Below, one piece after another: positions 1-9,006 of a stretch of DNA of 24,108 nt. Position 1 is the stretch's first letter; every line of letters starts with the position of its first letter. The DNA lies in IMG/VR virus record IMGVR_UViG_3300014775_000693, positions 1 to 24,108 of that record; one strand, written 5' to 3'. Source of the stretch: a virus. Its lineage: Duplodnaviria > Caudoviricetes. The position numbers and the translations under genes were made by a program. The notes below the pieces were generated by a model that ran no database searches, was not told the DNA's origin, and worked only from the letters and a program-made list of their open reading frames with translations.

Positions 1-361
1 ACAAAGCATTGGTAACATTAGTTGGACCTTTTTGCTTGTCTTCTCTGACAGACTTAGTATCCTTCTGAAGTGCCATCAACTTGTCTGCTACATCTCCGAC
101 GTGCTTGATAAGTTGTCCAGCAACTTCATATGCTCTAGGGTGATCAGAAGACATTGCCAAGTCAAGAGCGCCGTTGATAGCTTCTTGTCCTTTATCCACC
201 AGTTGATATAAGTTTGCCCTGGCGTATTCATAGTCTTTGCCTACGTCATCTTTCTCCTCCTTTTTGATAGGAGGTTTCTTTGCCTTGGGTTCTTCTACCT
301 CAGCAGGAACTATTTCAGAGACTGTCTCGAATGCCTCATCTAAACCTTCAAATTTATCCAT
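1..361 (-). CDS. gp16: Terminase small subunit (T4 gp16-like), 3' end runs off the window
   Basis: Not in the ORF track; translated by hand from ATG at 361: MDKFEGLDEAFETVSEIVPAEVEEPKAKKPPIKKEEKDDVGKDYEYARANLYQLVDKGQEAINGALDLAMSSDHPRAYEVAGQLIKHVGDVADKLMALQK...GPTNVTNAL. The DYEY.R.NLY..V.KG.EA and HPRAYEVAGQLIK motifs are typical of cyanophage gp16. It follows gp15 with an 8-nt overlap (ATGGATAA). Confidence 0.93.
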   Translation of the reverse strand, partial: MDKFEGLDEAFETVSEIVPAEVEEPKAKKPPIKKEEKDDVGKDYEYARANLYQLVDKGQEAINGALDLAMSSDHPRAYEVAGQLIKHVGDVADKLMALQKDTKSVREDKQKGPTNVTNAL

Positions 362-1355
362 AGAACGAAGTCATCTCATTGAAACCAAAGTCGTCGCCAG
401 AATCTAACAGTGCATCATCTGCTGCGTTGATTAGATCAACTGGTGTACCTGCAACTGCTTCTGCTGCAGTTGTATTTCTTTGTGCTCTGCGAACACCAAG
501 TTTATTTGTATCGGGTTTGGACTTGACATACATGACCTCGTTTCCGATTTCGATGTATGTCTTTAGTGGAATATCGGTAGAATCTACAACTTCGATAACA
601 AGATTTCTCTTTGTAATCGGACTTGCAAGTTCCGTGGTAGCATCCTTGTTCTTGTCCGACACTGCTGCTGGTGTGACTTGGTAGGAAACTCTGCGTGGTG
701 CTGTAAGATCGACTTCTGTATGATAATCGACCTTTGCTTTTTTGATAGGACCAGAGGTTCCAACAGGACCAAAGATATAAGTTTTTGCCGTAAACTGCAA
801 TGTGAACACTGTCAACTTACGATCATCCATAGATCCTTCATAGTCATCCGTGTAGTTCACACTATTAAGGACAACGGGAACATCTCTAAACTCTTCCATT
901 GCATCGACCAATTTGATGGTCATGTTATATGATGGTTGGAAGTATGGTAAAATCTGCTCTACAATCTCAATAGCATCATCATTTGTTTTTGAGATGATGT
1001 TTAGTTCAAAATCAACATTGTATGGAACTGGAGCATACTGTTTCTTAACTGAGTTAGCAGTATCTGCTTTGAGATTGAGCGTGATTGCACTGAGTTTTCT
1101 AGTGGCATCGTAGGAGACGCCAGTCATCTCAAATGACAGACGTGGTAACGTGATCGCAACTTTCTGGTTGAGATCTGCTTGCTGTTCTAGTCTTGCTAAA
1201 AACTTTTGGCGAGAACCATACGCCAGAGGCACCTTCATTCTGCTATAGGTGCTTCCGTCTGCATTGTTCTTGCGAACCTCAATATCATTAAACAGTGTGC
1301 CAAATCCAATGACGCACTTTCTAATAATCTGGTTATATGTATATGTCCCTAACAT
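354..1355 (-). CDS. gp15: Tail sheath stabilizer / tail completion protein (T4 gp15-like)
   Basis: 333 aa. Motifs MLGTY.Y..IIRK.VI.FGTLFNDI, KVPLAYG..QKFLARL, ITLPR.SFE, PVPYN..FEL, QILPYFQP and FTAKTY.FGP are characteristic of gp15. Syntenic between gp14 and gp16. Confidence 0.95.
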   Translation of the reverse strand: MLGTYTYNQIIRKCVIGFGTLFNDIEVRKNNADGSTYSRMKVPLAYGSRQKFLARLEQQADLNQKVAITLPRLSFEMTGVSYDATRKLSAITLNLKADTANSVKKQYAPVPYNVDFELNIISKTNDDAIEIVEQILPYFQPSYNMTIKLVDAMEEFRDVPVVLNSVNYTDDYEGSMDDRKLTVFTLQFTAKTYIFGPVGTSGPIKKAKVDYHTEVDLTAPRRVSYQVTPAAVSDKNKDATTELASPITKRNLVIEVVDSTDIPLKTYIEIGNEVMYVKSKPDTNKLGVRRAQRNTTAAEAVAGTPVDLINAADDALLDSGDDFGFNEMTSFYG

Positions 1356-1356
1356 G

Positions 1357-2685
1357 TCAAGTAGCTACTCCAAATGGGTTCGTTTCAGTAAAGTCAATAA
1401 TGTCGTCCCCAAGATCTTCAAAGGCAACATTCTCATAATATTTAGTATCGGTACTTGCCATCTCATCTCTATTATCTAGGATGATAGTTGCACCAGATGT
1501 GCTACCCATGATTGTTTCACCAATCGCGAATGCGCCAGTGGGGGACTCGAGTTTGATCCATGCCTCTTGAGCATCCCACTCCACAAGTTGTGCCACAGCG
1601 CCAGTGGAACCGCCAGTGACAGATTCTCCAATCTTAAACGAACCTGTGATACCTACAGGTGCTGCAGAAATTTGTACAGTTGCATTAGTATAACCAGTAC
1701 CAGGAGTATCAATATCTAACAATGCGACACTCTTATAACCAGATCCCTCACCTGTAATGTTGAGTGCTGTCAACTTCCCATTTGTAAATGTTGGGACTAA
1801 TGTAGGCACAACACCACCTGATGCAGGTGCACTGATAGCAATCGTTGCCCTATCTTCATCATATCCTTCGCCAGCATCAACAATCTTGACAGACCTTAGA
1901 GATCCCTCTTTTACTGTACCCCTAATGACAGCAGATTTAGTTGGAGTTCCACCAGAGACTGTGATGTTGATGAGATATGCAGATGCTGTAGCACCTGTAC
2001 CATCTCCACCAATAGTCACCGTTGGTGCTTCAATATACTTACTACCATTTTCTGAGATGTACAGTTGCTCTAGTGCACCATTGTATACACTTGCAGATCC
2101 TGTAGCACTAATTCCATTTTGTGGTAGATAGTAATGCTTGACCGTATATCCAGTATCGACCAGATCTTCATCACCCTCAAAGATATCTCCCTGCTCATCT
2201 TGATATTCAAAGAGCTCACACTGCAGTTTGAATATGTAACCCTTACCTAACTGGTAAAATGGTTCTTCATGTTCTACAAACTTAATCTCAAAATAGTTAC
2301 TGCTAAGTGGGAAGTAGATAAGATCTCCTTCTTGAGGTCTCTCTCCTACTTCTACATCTGTGTCTAACAGTAAGAACTGAGAAATCAAATCCGAAAATCT
2401 TTGCTGTGAGATCACCATTGTAATCTCATCTGTTTGTCTGATTCCAAACTTAGTCAGTAAGTCACCGCCGCCCTGAAATCCTTCATTGTTCTCTAGGTAT
2501 GCTTCAATAATATATGAATCGTCAAACTCAGAAATGATTTCTTCATTGAACACGCCATCCTTTCTAATAAGTTGCCTGGGAATGTATAGAATATCCATTC
2601 CAAACATCTTAAGATATTCCTCCACAAGGTTCTGTTGGAGGAATTGTTCGTTGCGAGTGCCGTGTGTGAAGAATACGTTTCTCAT
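1357..2685 (-). CDS. gp14: Neck protein (T4 gp14-like) with an internal beta-repeat insertion
   Basis: 442 aa. Core motifs EQ.L...LVEE.LKMFG.D..YIPR, GF.G.GDLLTKFG, RP.EGDLIYFP, FEIKFVEHE.PFYQLGK and C-terminal IIDFTE.NPFG. ATGA overlap with gp13. Confidence 0.94.
   Translation of the reverse strand: MRNVFFTHGTRNEQFLQQNLVEEYLKMFGMDILYIPRQLIRKDGVFNEEIISEFDDSYIIEAYLENNEGFQGGGDLLTKFGIRQTDEITMVISQQRFSDLISQFLLLDTDVEVGERPQEGDLIYFPLSSNYFEIKFVEHEEPFYQLGKGYIFKLQCELFEYQDEQGDIFEGDEDLVDTGYTVKHYYLPQNGISATGSASVYNGALEQLYISENGSKYIEAPTVTIGGDGTGATASAYLINITVSGGTPTKSAVIRGTVKEGSLRSVKIVDAGEGYDEDRATIAISAPASGGVVPTLVPTFTNGKLTALNITGEGSGYKSVALLDIDTPGTGYTNATVQISAAPVGITGSFKIGESVTGGSTGAVAQLVEWDAQEAWIKLESPTGAFAIGETIMGSTSGATIILDNRDEMASTDTKYYENVAFEDLGDDIIDFTETNPFGVAT
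1439..1446 (-). promoter_or_regulatory. Possible late promoter variant (ACTAAATA) inside gp14, upstream of gp15
   Basis: Minus-strand ACTAAATA about 84 nt upstream of the gp15 ATG. Only the TAAATA core matches and it lies in coding sequence, so it may be chance. Confidence 0.3.
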
Positions 2686-3497
2686 CCGATCATATCCATT
2701 GGTGGGAATTCATGACTAGAAAGCATTTCGTCCTCAAGTTTCTGGACTGCTTCTTTGCCCTCATTGTAAATAAATTCACCATTCATAGTGATGCCACCAG
2801 GCAGCTGTGCTCCCTGGAACTTAATTAAGTTAGCACCCCATTGTCTACGAATCAATGCAGTAAGATAACGCTTGACCCAAAGGTCATTGTATACTGCAGC
2901 AAAGTCAGATGGATCAACTGCTCGATAGCAATCAAGAACTAAGAAGTCTCCATCTGCAACATCTTCTTTAAAGTCGATGTCAAGATATAAACGGTCACCA
3001 CGCATCTGATATCTAACCTGCTTCTGACCCTCAAGTAAGAAATAGATATCTTCTAATCTGCGATTGACCATCTCATATGTCAGGATCTCTGTGTTTGTAA
3101 GATCCCAAAGATCATTTAGTCTCCACTGATAGCGAACGTCAAACAAGTTAGTGACATTCTTAGAAACAAAATCAAATACTTTGACTACGCCTGTGATATA
3201 GTCTGGAAGTTTGATATAGTTGTTCTGAGTTTTGTATGTAATGTCAGTGCCCGCTGAGGTTGCACTAGTCACAGTTGTATCAGTATCCGTAGTCATGGTG
3301 TCAATGACAACCTGAGACATGGGAACTTTCAGGAAGGTTCTGATATAACCATCCATGTGACGCTCATTGTAATATTGAATAGCGTCATCTACCAGATCAG
3401 AAATCTGATCATCATCGACATTGATTTCTAATACAGGTGCACCGAGTTGACGCAGAGCGTAATCAATCAGTTCCTGCCTGGTGCTAGGTTGTGCCAT
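2682..3497 (-). CDS. gp13: Neck protein (T4 gp13-like)
   Basis: 271 aa. Motifs P.TRQELIDY.LR.LGAPVLEINVDDDQI.DLVDDA.QY..ERH.DG, W.KRY.TALI..QWG.NL.KF.G..LPGG.T.NG and C-terminal PP.DMIG. Confidence 0.96.
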   Translation of the reverse strand: MAQPSTRQELIDYALRQLGAPVLEINVDDDQISDLVDDAIQYYNERHMDGYIRTFLKVPMSQVVIDTMTTDTDTTVTSATSAGTDITYKTQNNYIKLPDYITGVVKVFDFVSKNVTNLFDVRYQWRLNDLWDLTNTEILTYEMVNRRLEDIYFLLEGQKQVRYQMRGDRLYLDIDFKEDVADGDFLVLDCYRAVDPSDFAAVYNDLWVKRYLTALIRRQWGANLIKFQGAQLPGGITMNGEFIYNEGKEAVQKLEDEMLSSHEFPPMDMIG

Positions 3498-3499
3498 GT

Positions 3500-6400
3500 T
3501 TACTGTGGATTGACGTTGAATCTGATGCGTACATAATATGTAGTGTCAGCGGTCAAGTTTACACTGTTTGGAAGTGTATATGATGTAAGGTTTGCAGTGT
3601 TACCGAGGGACTGGTGCACAATACTGGAGAATGCACTATTTGGTGAGAACTGCCAATCACTAGAGGTGTGTACATAACCAGACTTGATCTGTGCAGCATC
3701 AACATTAACTGTTGGATTGAATGCTGGTGTAATAGTCTGGATGTTTGGTTGATCGACAAATGGTGTAGTAAAGTTTGCTTGAGTAGAGTAAGCACTCTCA
3801 AGACCATTGTTATCTCTAAACTTGACTTGCACATAATATGCAGTATCAAAATCTAGAATTCCACCAGAAACTGTAAAGCTAGTTTTGTTACCAGTATCAC
3901 CTTGAGCAAACGTTGCAGCAGTATCGTAGACAGTTACGTTATCTGCAGTTCTTCTAATTCTCCAGAAACTAGAGAAGTGTGTGGACCCAGCATACTCAGA
4001 GACAAACGCGCTTGTCGTGATAACTGGTTGTCTAGAAAGAGTTCTGTTTGTATCTGGATCAACGAAAGGAGTTACCTGAGATGGTGCAGATACAAATTCA
4101 GATTCATTAACTGTCAGAGTTGCTGCTGTAGAAGTTACTGTTGTTGCAGCAGGGTTTGTAAGAACACAACGGAATTGTTCCGATGGTGTAGTTGGATATG
4201 TTGTAGCAGGTGTAGTATACGATGCTCCGTTAGCACCATTGATATTAGACCATGCACCACCACCATTGGTTGAGATTTGCCACTGGTATGTAATAGAATC
4301 ACTAGTGATTGTTGCAGCAATATTAAAGGTTGCTGTAGCACCCTCAATAACTGCAATGTCTTGTGGTTCCGTGGTAATATTAATTACACGCAGAACTGTT
4401 TGAGTTGCATAATTTGATGTAACACTAGATGCCGCACCAACCAGAGAAACTACAACTCTATAACGATCATTATTATCGTCAGCATAGACCAGTGTAGGTG
4501 TCGTATATGACGCAGATGTTGCTCCACCAATTTGACTATAGTTAGCACCACCATCATCTGATCTCTCCCATTGGTAGGTAGGAGTACCACTACTTTGAGT
4601 TGTAGTTACATTATATGTGGATGTGCTACCCTCATTACCAGTTTGGTTTGCAGGATCTGTCTGGATGCTGAGAGTTCTCTCTACAGTTAGAGTTACTGCA
4701 TTTGTATAAGCGGGACTTACTGCGCCAACAGCATCAATTTCACAACGATACTGATCTTGGTTGTCGTTAGCGTATGTTAGAGTTCCTGTTGTGTATGATG
4801 CATTAGTTGCACCTGGAACATCAGACCAGTTAGCACCAGCATCATCAGACTTCTGCCATTGGTATGTGACATTAGGTTCATGATCACTAAAACCACCAGC
4901 AAATTGCTCATCAGAACCACCACCACCACCGCTAGGAGTGGTAAAAGATTCTGTATCGAACGAAGAGGATGCAGCGTTACCGCCGATTGGTGTCATTGTG
5001 GTGTCACCAAGAGTTGTAAACGTAGCAGTAGTTCCTTCGTCTACAGTGGCATCTGAAGGTTGTGTTGTGACAATAGGAGTTACTGTCTCAACTTGTAAAG
5101 TTGCAGCGTTGGATGGAACAGTGGTTGCTCCTGGAGCAGAAAGCAAACAACGGAATTGGTTGTTATCGTATGTAGAATCTAATGCTGGTGTTGTGTATGA
5201 AGATGCAGTAGCACCATTGATGTCACTCCAGGAAGCACCTTGAGTAATAGATCTCTGCCACTGATACGTGATATCTCCAGCGTCATTATCAGAAGTATTA
5301 CCAGCAACACCAAATGTTCTAGTACCTCCGATTGCACCTGTTGTGCTAGTTGGTTGAGATGTAATGTTGATTGTTCTAGTTACATTCAACAATGCAGCGT
5401 TTGTGAATGTTTCGGTAGCGCCAGTTGCATTCAATTTGCAGCGATAACTATCACCAAAATCTGCATCATATGATGTAGTTCCTGTTGTATAGGATATAGT
5501 AGTTGCACCACCAATATCTGACCAAGTAGAAGTTCCTGCCTCTTGCTTTTGCCACTGATAGCTGACTAATGCACTATCCAATGTGCTAGCAGCAGTTGTA
5601 AATGTTGCTGCAGCAGGTGCTACTGGTTGTTGATCTGTAGGTTGGGTAGAAACTGTGATGACACGGAATACTGTTAGTTGTACCGAGTTTGTATATGATG
5701 GAGAAACTGCAGTATTAGTATCGAGCTCGCAACGGAAGTAGTATGCATTTTTTGCAAAATCATCATCTACTGTTAGTGTTGCCGTAGTTGCTCCACTATA
5801 ACCACCAGTATTGGTAATGTTAGACCAGGCAGAATTATCCTGACTAACTTGCCATTGATATGTAATGGTAGATCCGTCTGAACTTGTACCAGCAACTGGA
5901 CCGAATGTTGCTGTACTACCAGATCCTGCTTCTACGCTAGCGGCAGTAGGTTGGTTCGTAATTGTAACAAGAACACCCGTTCCTAAAGTAGTGAAACTAT
6001 ATGATCGAGCATTCTGTGTAGTCTGCTCTGTTACTGTGATGTTAAAAGTGGTATCGAGGTAATCGGAAGTAATGGTACCAGATAATATACCAGTAGAAGT
6101 ATTGAAGGTAAGACCACTAGCGCCAATAGAATCTCCAGAGAGCACGTAGTTTTCAAAAACTGGCTCATTTGCAAATGTTCTTAAAACGGATGCACCAAGA
6201 TCTATATTGACAGTATCTCCGCTGTTGTATCCAGATCCACCAATAGTTCCTGCAGCAGTCGCCCAGGTGATGGTTGTATCAATAAATGGATAGAATGCGC
6301 CAAGAGACTTTGTGATATTATCGGCAGTGGATGTGGGTTCAAAGTCAACACCAGTATCTACTGGGATATATTTGATGTTTGTATATGAACCTGTACCTTG

Positions 6401-8971
6401 CCCTTCTTGTGTATCAGTTTGAGATCTTAAAGTTACACCTGTCGCAACTACACCATCTTGTGCTTCATGACTTTTATCTGCGGACTTAATGATAGCAGCA
6501 TAGTTATTTGCACCACCACCAGTTGTGGTAGAACTAGGAGTAGCACCTGATGTTTGAATAGTGAGTGTATTGTTTACGGCGCATTGTGCCTGGATAGTAA
6601 ACCACCCTTCCTGAGATTCAGAAACAATATCAATACCAGATCCAGTGTTGGTAACTGTAATGCTACCAATCATAACGGAGTGGACACCACACTGGTAATA
6701 GTAAGTTCCTGAAGTAATTGGTGTCCAAGAGACAGTTGCAGTGCCCGTAGAACCTTGACCTGTAGCAGCAGGAGTGCTGACGTTTGGACCACCGTCACTA
6801 TCTCTAAGATAGAATGGGTGTGAAGTGGATACACCACTGAGGTTAAAATTAAGAGTATCACCTACATTACAAGTTACCGCTACATTATTTCCTGCAATGT
6901 TTCCACTTCTATCTGTACCAGATAAGTTGTATGCAGATGATGACGGTGCAGTTACAGTGATATTGAAAGTGGTTGCAGATACTCCGCCAAGAACGAGTGA
7001 GGTCAAACCACTACTAGTTCTTAATTGTAACTGTTGTCCAACGTTATTCAGGAAGTAACTAGAATCTGCAGAGTTAAAACTCATAACAACTAGATCAGAA
7101 CCTACAGTAACTGCAAATGGATCTGTTGGTAGTTTTTTATCTACAATACTATTTGTTGGATAATTTACGTGTGCACCTTTTGTGATATCACCAGTGCTAC
7201 CAGTTCCTCTAATGAAGCTCTTAGACAGAGCTGTCAGAGTATTTGTTGTCAGTGTATATCCATTACTGTCTGCCCATGCAGCAATAATACCTGTAACAAT
7301 AGGACCAGAAAATGAGGTACCATTAATTGTGGTATAATTAGCTGTACTATTATATGGAGTATTTGTAGTCCAATCGTATTGTGGTACTAAAATGCCTGAA
7401 CCTGGAGCAACTGTAGTTACACCAGATCCATAGTTGGAGAAGTCTGCCCATCTATCATTATAAGATGATGCTCCGACAGAAATCTTATTTTGGTTAACAT
7501 CTACATTGTTGATCTGACCTGTAGATGTAGCGTCAGCATAACCAGCAGTTCTCGTGCCTGCTACAACTTTACCCATCAAAGGACCAGCAAATGCATCACT
7601 GCTGTTTTGGAATCCATTACCAGCAGATCTAACCAGCATGATATTTGCTGCAACTAGAGTGCTCTCCATGTCATCGAGCATCTCTTCATCAGTACCGCTG
7701 TCATTGCCAGCGTCATTAAGTTCTACGTAAGGATAGTTTTGGGAAGGAATTGTTGGTCCAAAAGAAGCATTGATAACTGCTGCTCTGTTGTTGCCTTTGT
7801 AGTTTGCATTGCCACTTGTATTGTGGTCAAGGACCTTTTGATAGGCGTCCAGGATAGCGGTGTAGGAGGCGCTGAGACCTGAGCTAAATGCTTTTAGTGC
7901 ATAGATCTTCGCTTCTCTTGCAACGCCTGCTGTTCGTCCTGCAGAGCAGATAGCACACCACGTACCATGACCATTGTCATCTTCATTTGTGCTATAAGGA
8001 GATGTATATCCTGGAACTTCAAATACCCTATAGTTTTGTTGTTCCGATGTACCATTAAGATCGGATACAAAGTTTGGATCAAATAGTTCTGGATGTAGAG
8101 CCGCATTGTTACCCGTAGGTCTACTTGCACCACGGACACCAGTGTCAATGACATAGATGTCTACTGTGTCACCATCGACGGTCGTGCTGAACTCTCCATT
8201 TAAATATTGCCTATCCTGCTTTGTAATTCTATCCAGGTGCCAATAGTCATGAATATTAAAGGTTCCAAATCTATCAGGTGAAATCTGATATCTTCCCATA
8301 CCTGGGTGATTGGTACAATAATAATAGAAGACTGATGGTGTACTTGTACCTACAACAATTCTGGTGTAAGATCCTGTACTACCTGCAGTTCCATTAACTG
8401 TTACACCTGTAGTATATTCAGTTCCTCCAGTTGTCCAAGTACCGTCTGGAGTTTCTGACAATCTGAATGGGTGAGTGGCATTACTGGCATCACTAGTATC
8501 AAATGTATAGGTAGCGCCTTGTACAAATCCGCTAAATGAAGAATACCTACTATAAGTTCCACCTTGGGTCTGTGAGAACACATAGAAATTCAAACCACCA
8601 ATGTTCTGGACTTTTACGTAGAGTGTTCCAGATCCACTGCCAGTTAAGTTCCTAGTATTAGTAACTGCATTTAGACCACCTTCGGAGTTGAGGGAAAGTT
8701 CTCCACTGGTCTCAACAGTTGCAGTTGCACCATCTTCTACTGGATGCAAAGAGAATTTATCCTCAGCATCCCAACGAAATCTTTGAATATATGGAAGCGC
8801 TCTGACTGAAGTTTCCGTTAAGAGTTGATATTGATCATCGCAAGTAAATGTAATCATCTTAAAAGATGGGAACATTTTATCAAACGTCAAGTATCCGAAT
8901 CTCTCCAGGATATCAGATTTCGCCGTCTCTAGATCATAGTTGTCAGATACCCTGACGAGTGCCGTTTTCAT
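3500..8971 (-). CDS. Large multidomain S8 (subtilisin-family) serine peptidase, probably virion-associated: prodomain, cupredoxin-like, S8, cupredoxin-like, six Ig-like and two FN3-like domains
   Basis: Intact triad motifs IYVIDTGV (Asp ~8145), NGHGTWCA (His ~7968), GTSFSGP.V.G (Ser ~7314), plus oxyanion SAGN and FSNYG. I prefer the ATG at 8971 (MKTALVRV) to the TTG at 8983. A perfect TATAAATA lies upstream and gp13 starts 2 nt after the stop. Confidence 0.88.
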   Translation of the reverse strand: MKTALVRVSDNYDLETAKSDILERFGYLTFDKMFPSFKMITFTCDDQYQLLTETSVRALPYIQRFRWDAEDKFSLHPVEDGATATVETSGELSLNSEGGLNAVTNTRNLTGSGSGTLYVKVQNIGGLNFYVFSQTQGGTYSRYSSFSGFVQGATYTFDTSDASNATHPFRLSETPDGTWTTGGTEYTTGVTVNGTAGSTGSYTRIVVGTSTPSVFYYYCTNHPGMGRYQISPDRFGTFNIHDYWHLDRITKQDRQYLNGEFSTTVDGDTVDIYVIDTGVRGASRPTGNNAALHPELFDPNFVSDLNGTSEQQNYRVFEVPGYTSPYSTNEDDNGHGTWCAICSAGRTAGVAREAKIYALKAFSSGLSASYTAILDAYQKVLDHNTSGNANYKGNNRAAVINASFGPTIPSQNYPYVELNDAGNDSGTDEEMLDDMESTLVAANIMLVRSAGNGFQNSSDAFAGPLMGKVVAGTRTAGYADATSTGQINNVDVNQNKISVGASSYNDRWADFSNYGSGVTTVAPGSGILVPQYDWTTNTPYNSTANYTTINGTSFSGPIVTGIIAAWADSNGYTLTTNTLTALSKSFIRGTGSTGDITKGAHVNYPTNSIVDKKLPTDPFAVTVGSDLVVMSFNSADSSYFLNNVGQQLQLRTSSGLTSLVLGGVSATTFNITVTAPSSSAYNLSGTDRSGNIAGNNVAVTCNVGDTLNFNLSGVSTSHPFYLRDSDGGPNVSTPAATGQGSTGTATVSWTPITSGTYYYQCGVHSVMIGSITVTNTGSGIDIVSESQEGWFTIQAQCAVNNTLTIQTSGATPSSTTTGGGANNYAAIIKSADKSHEAQDGVVATGVTLRSQTDTQEGQGTGSYTNIKYIPVDTGVDFEPTSTADNITKSLGAFYPFIDTTITWATAAGTIGGSGYNSGDTVNIDLGASVLRTFANEPVFENYVLSGDSIGASGLTFNTSTGILSGTITSDYLDTTFNITVTEQTTQNARSYSFTTLGTGVLVTITNQPTAASVEAGSGSTATFGPVAGTSSDGSTITYQWQVSQDNSAWSNITNTGGYSGATTATLTVDDDFAKNAYYFRCELDTNTAVSPSYTNSVQLTVFRVITVSTQPTDQQPVAPAAATFTTAASTLDSALVSYQWQKQEAGTSTWSDIGGATTISYTTGTTSYDADFGDSYRCKLNATGATETFTNAALLNVTRTINITSQPTSTTGAIGGTRTFGVAGNTSDNDAGDITYQWQRSITQGASWSDINGATASSYTTPALDSTYDNNQFRCLLSAPGATTVPSNAATLQVETVTPIVTTQPSDATVDEGTTATFTTLGDTTMTPIGGNAASSSFDTESFTTPSGGGGGSDEQFAGGFSDHEPNVTYQWQKSDDAGANWSDVPGATNASYTTGTLTYANDNQDQYRCEIDAVGAVSPAYTNAVTLTVERTLSIQTDPANQTGNEGSTSTYNVTTTQSSGTPTYQWERSDDGGANYSQIGGATSASYTTPTLVYADDNNDRYRVVVSLVGAASSVTSNYATQTVLRVINITTEPQDIAVIEGATATFNIAATITSDSITYQWQISTNGGGAWSNINGANGASYTTPATTYPTTPSEQFRCVLTNPAATTVTSTAATLTVNESEFVSAPSQVTPFVDPDTNRTLSRQPVITTSAFVSEYAGSTHFSSFWRIRRTADNVTVYDTAATFAQGDTGNKTSFTVSGGILDFDTAYYVQVKFRDNNGLESAYSTQANFTTPFVDQPNIQTITPAFNPTVNVDAAQIKSGYVHTSSDWQFSPNSAFSSIVHQSLGNTANLTSYTLPNSVNLTADTTYYVRIRFNVNPQ
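4105..5975 (-). repeat. Six tandem Ig-like (I-set-like) protein repeats of ~95-100 aa
   Basis: Recurring pattern I..(Q/D/E)P.......G..ATF....TYQWQ......WS.I.GAT..SYTT........(Y/F)RC.......T...L.V. Units begin VTITNQP, ITVSTQP, INITSQP, IVTTQP, LSIQTDP and INITTEP. Repeats are diverged at DNA level; boundaries approximate. Confidence 0.85.
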
Positions 8972-8998
8972 CCGCCATCTCAATTATACCCTCAGGTG

Positions 8999-9006
8999 TA
9001 TTTATA
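8999..9006 (-). promoter_or_regulatory. T4-type late promoter (gp55-dependent), TATAAATA
   Basis: Exact TATAAATA in the intergenic gap immediately after the aminotransferase TAG and ~28 nt upstream of the S8 protein ATG. Confidence 0.85.

Noticed and set aside
8983-8988. TATAAT and a weak hairpin between the late promoter and the S8 start
   Set aside because: No -35 or TG extension, and the stem is short and bulged. The adjacent TATAAATA explains the region.
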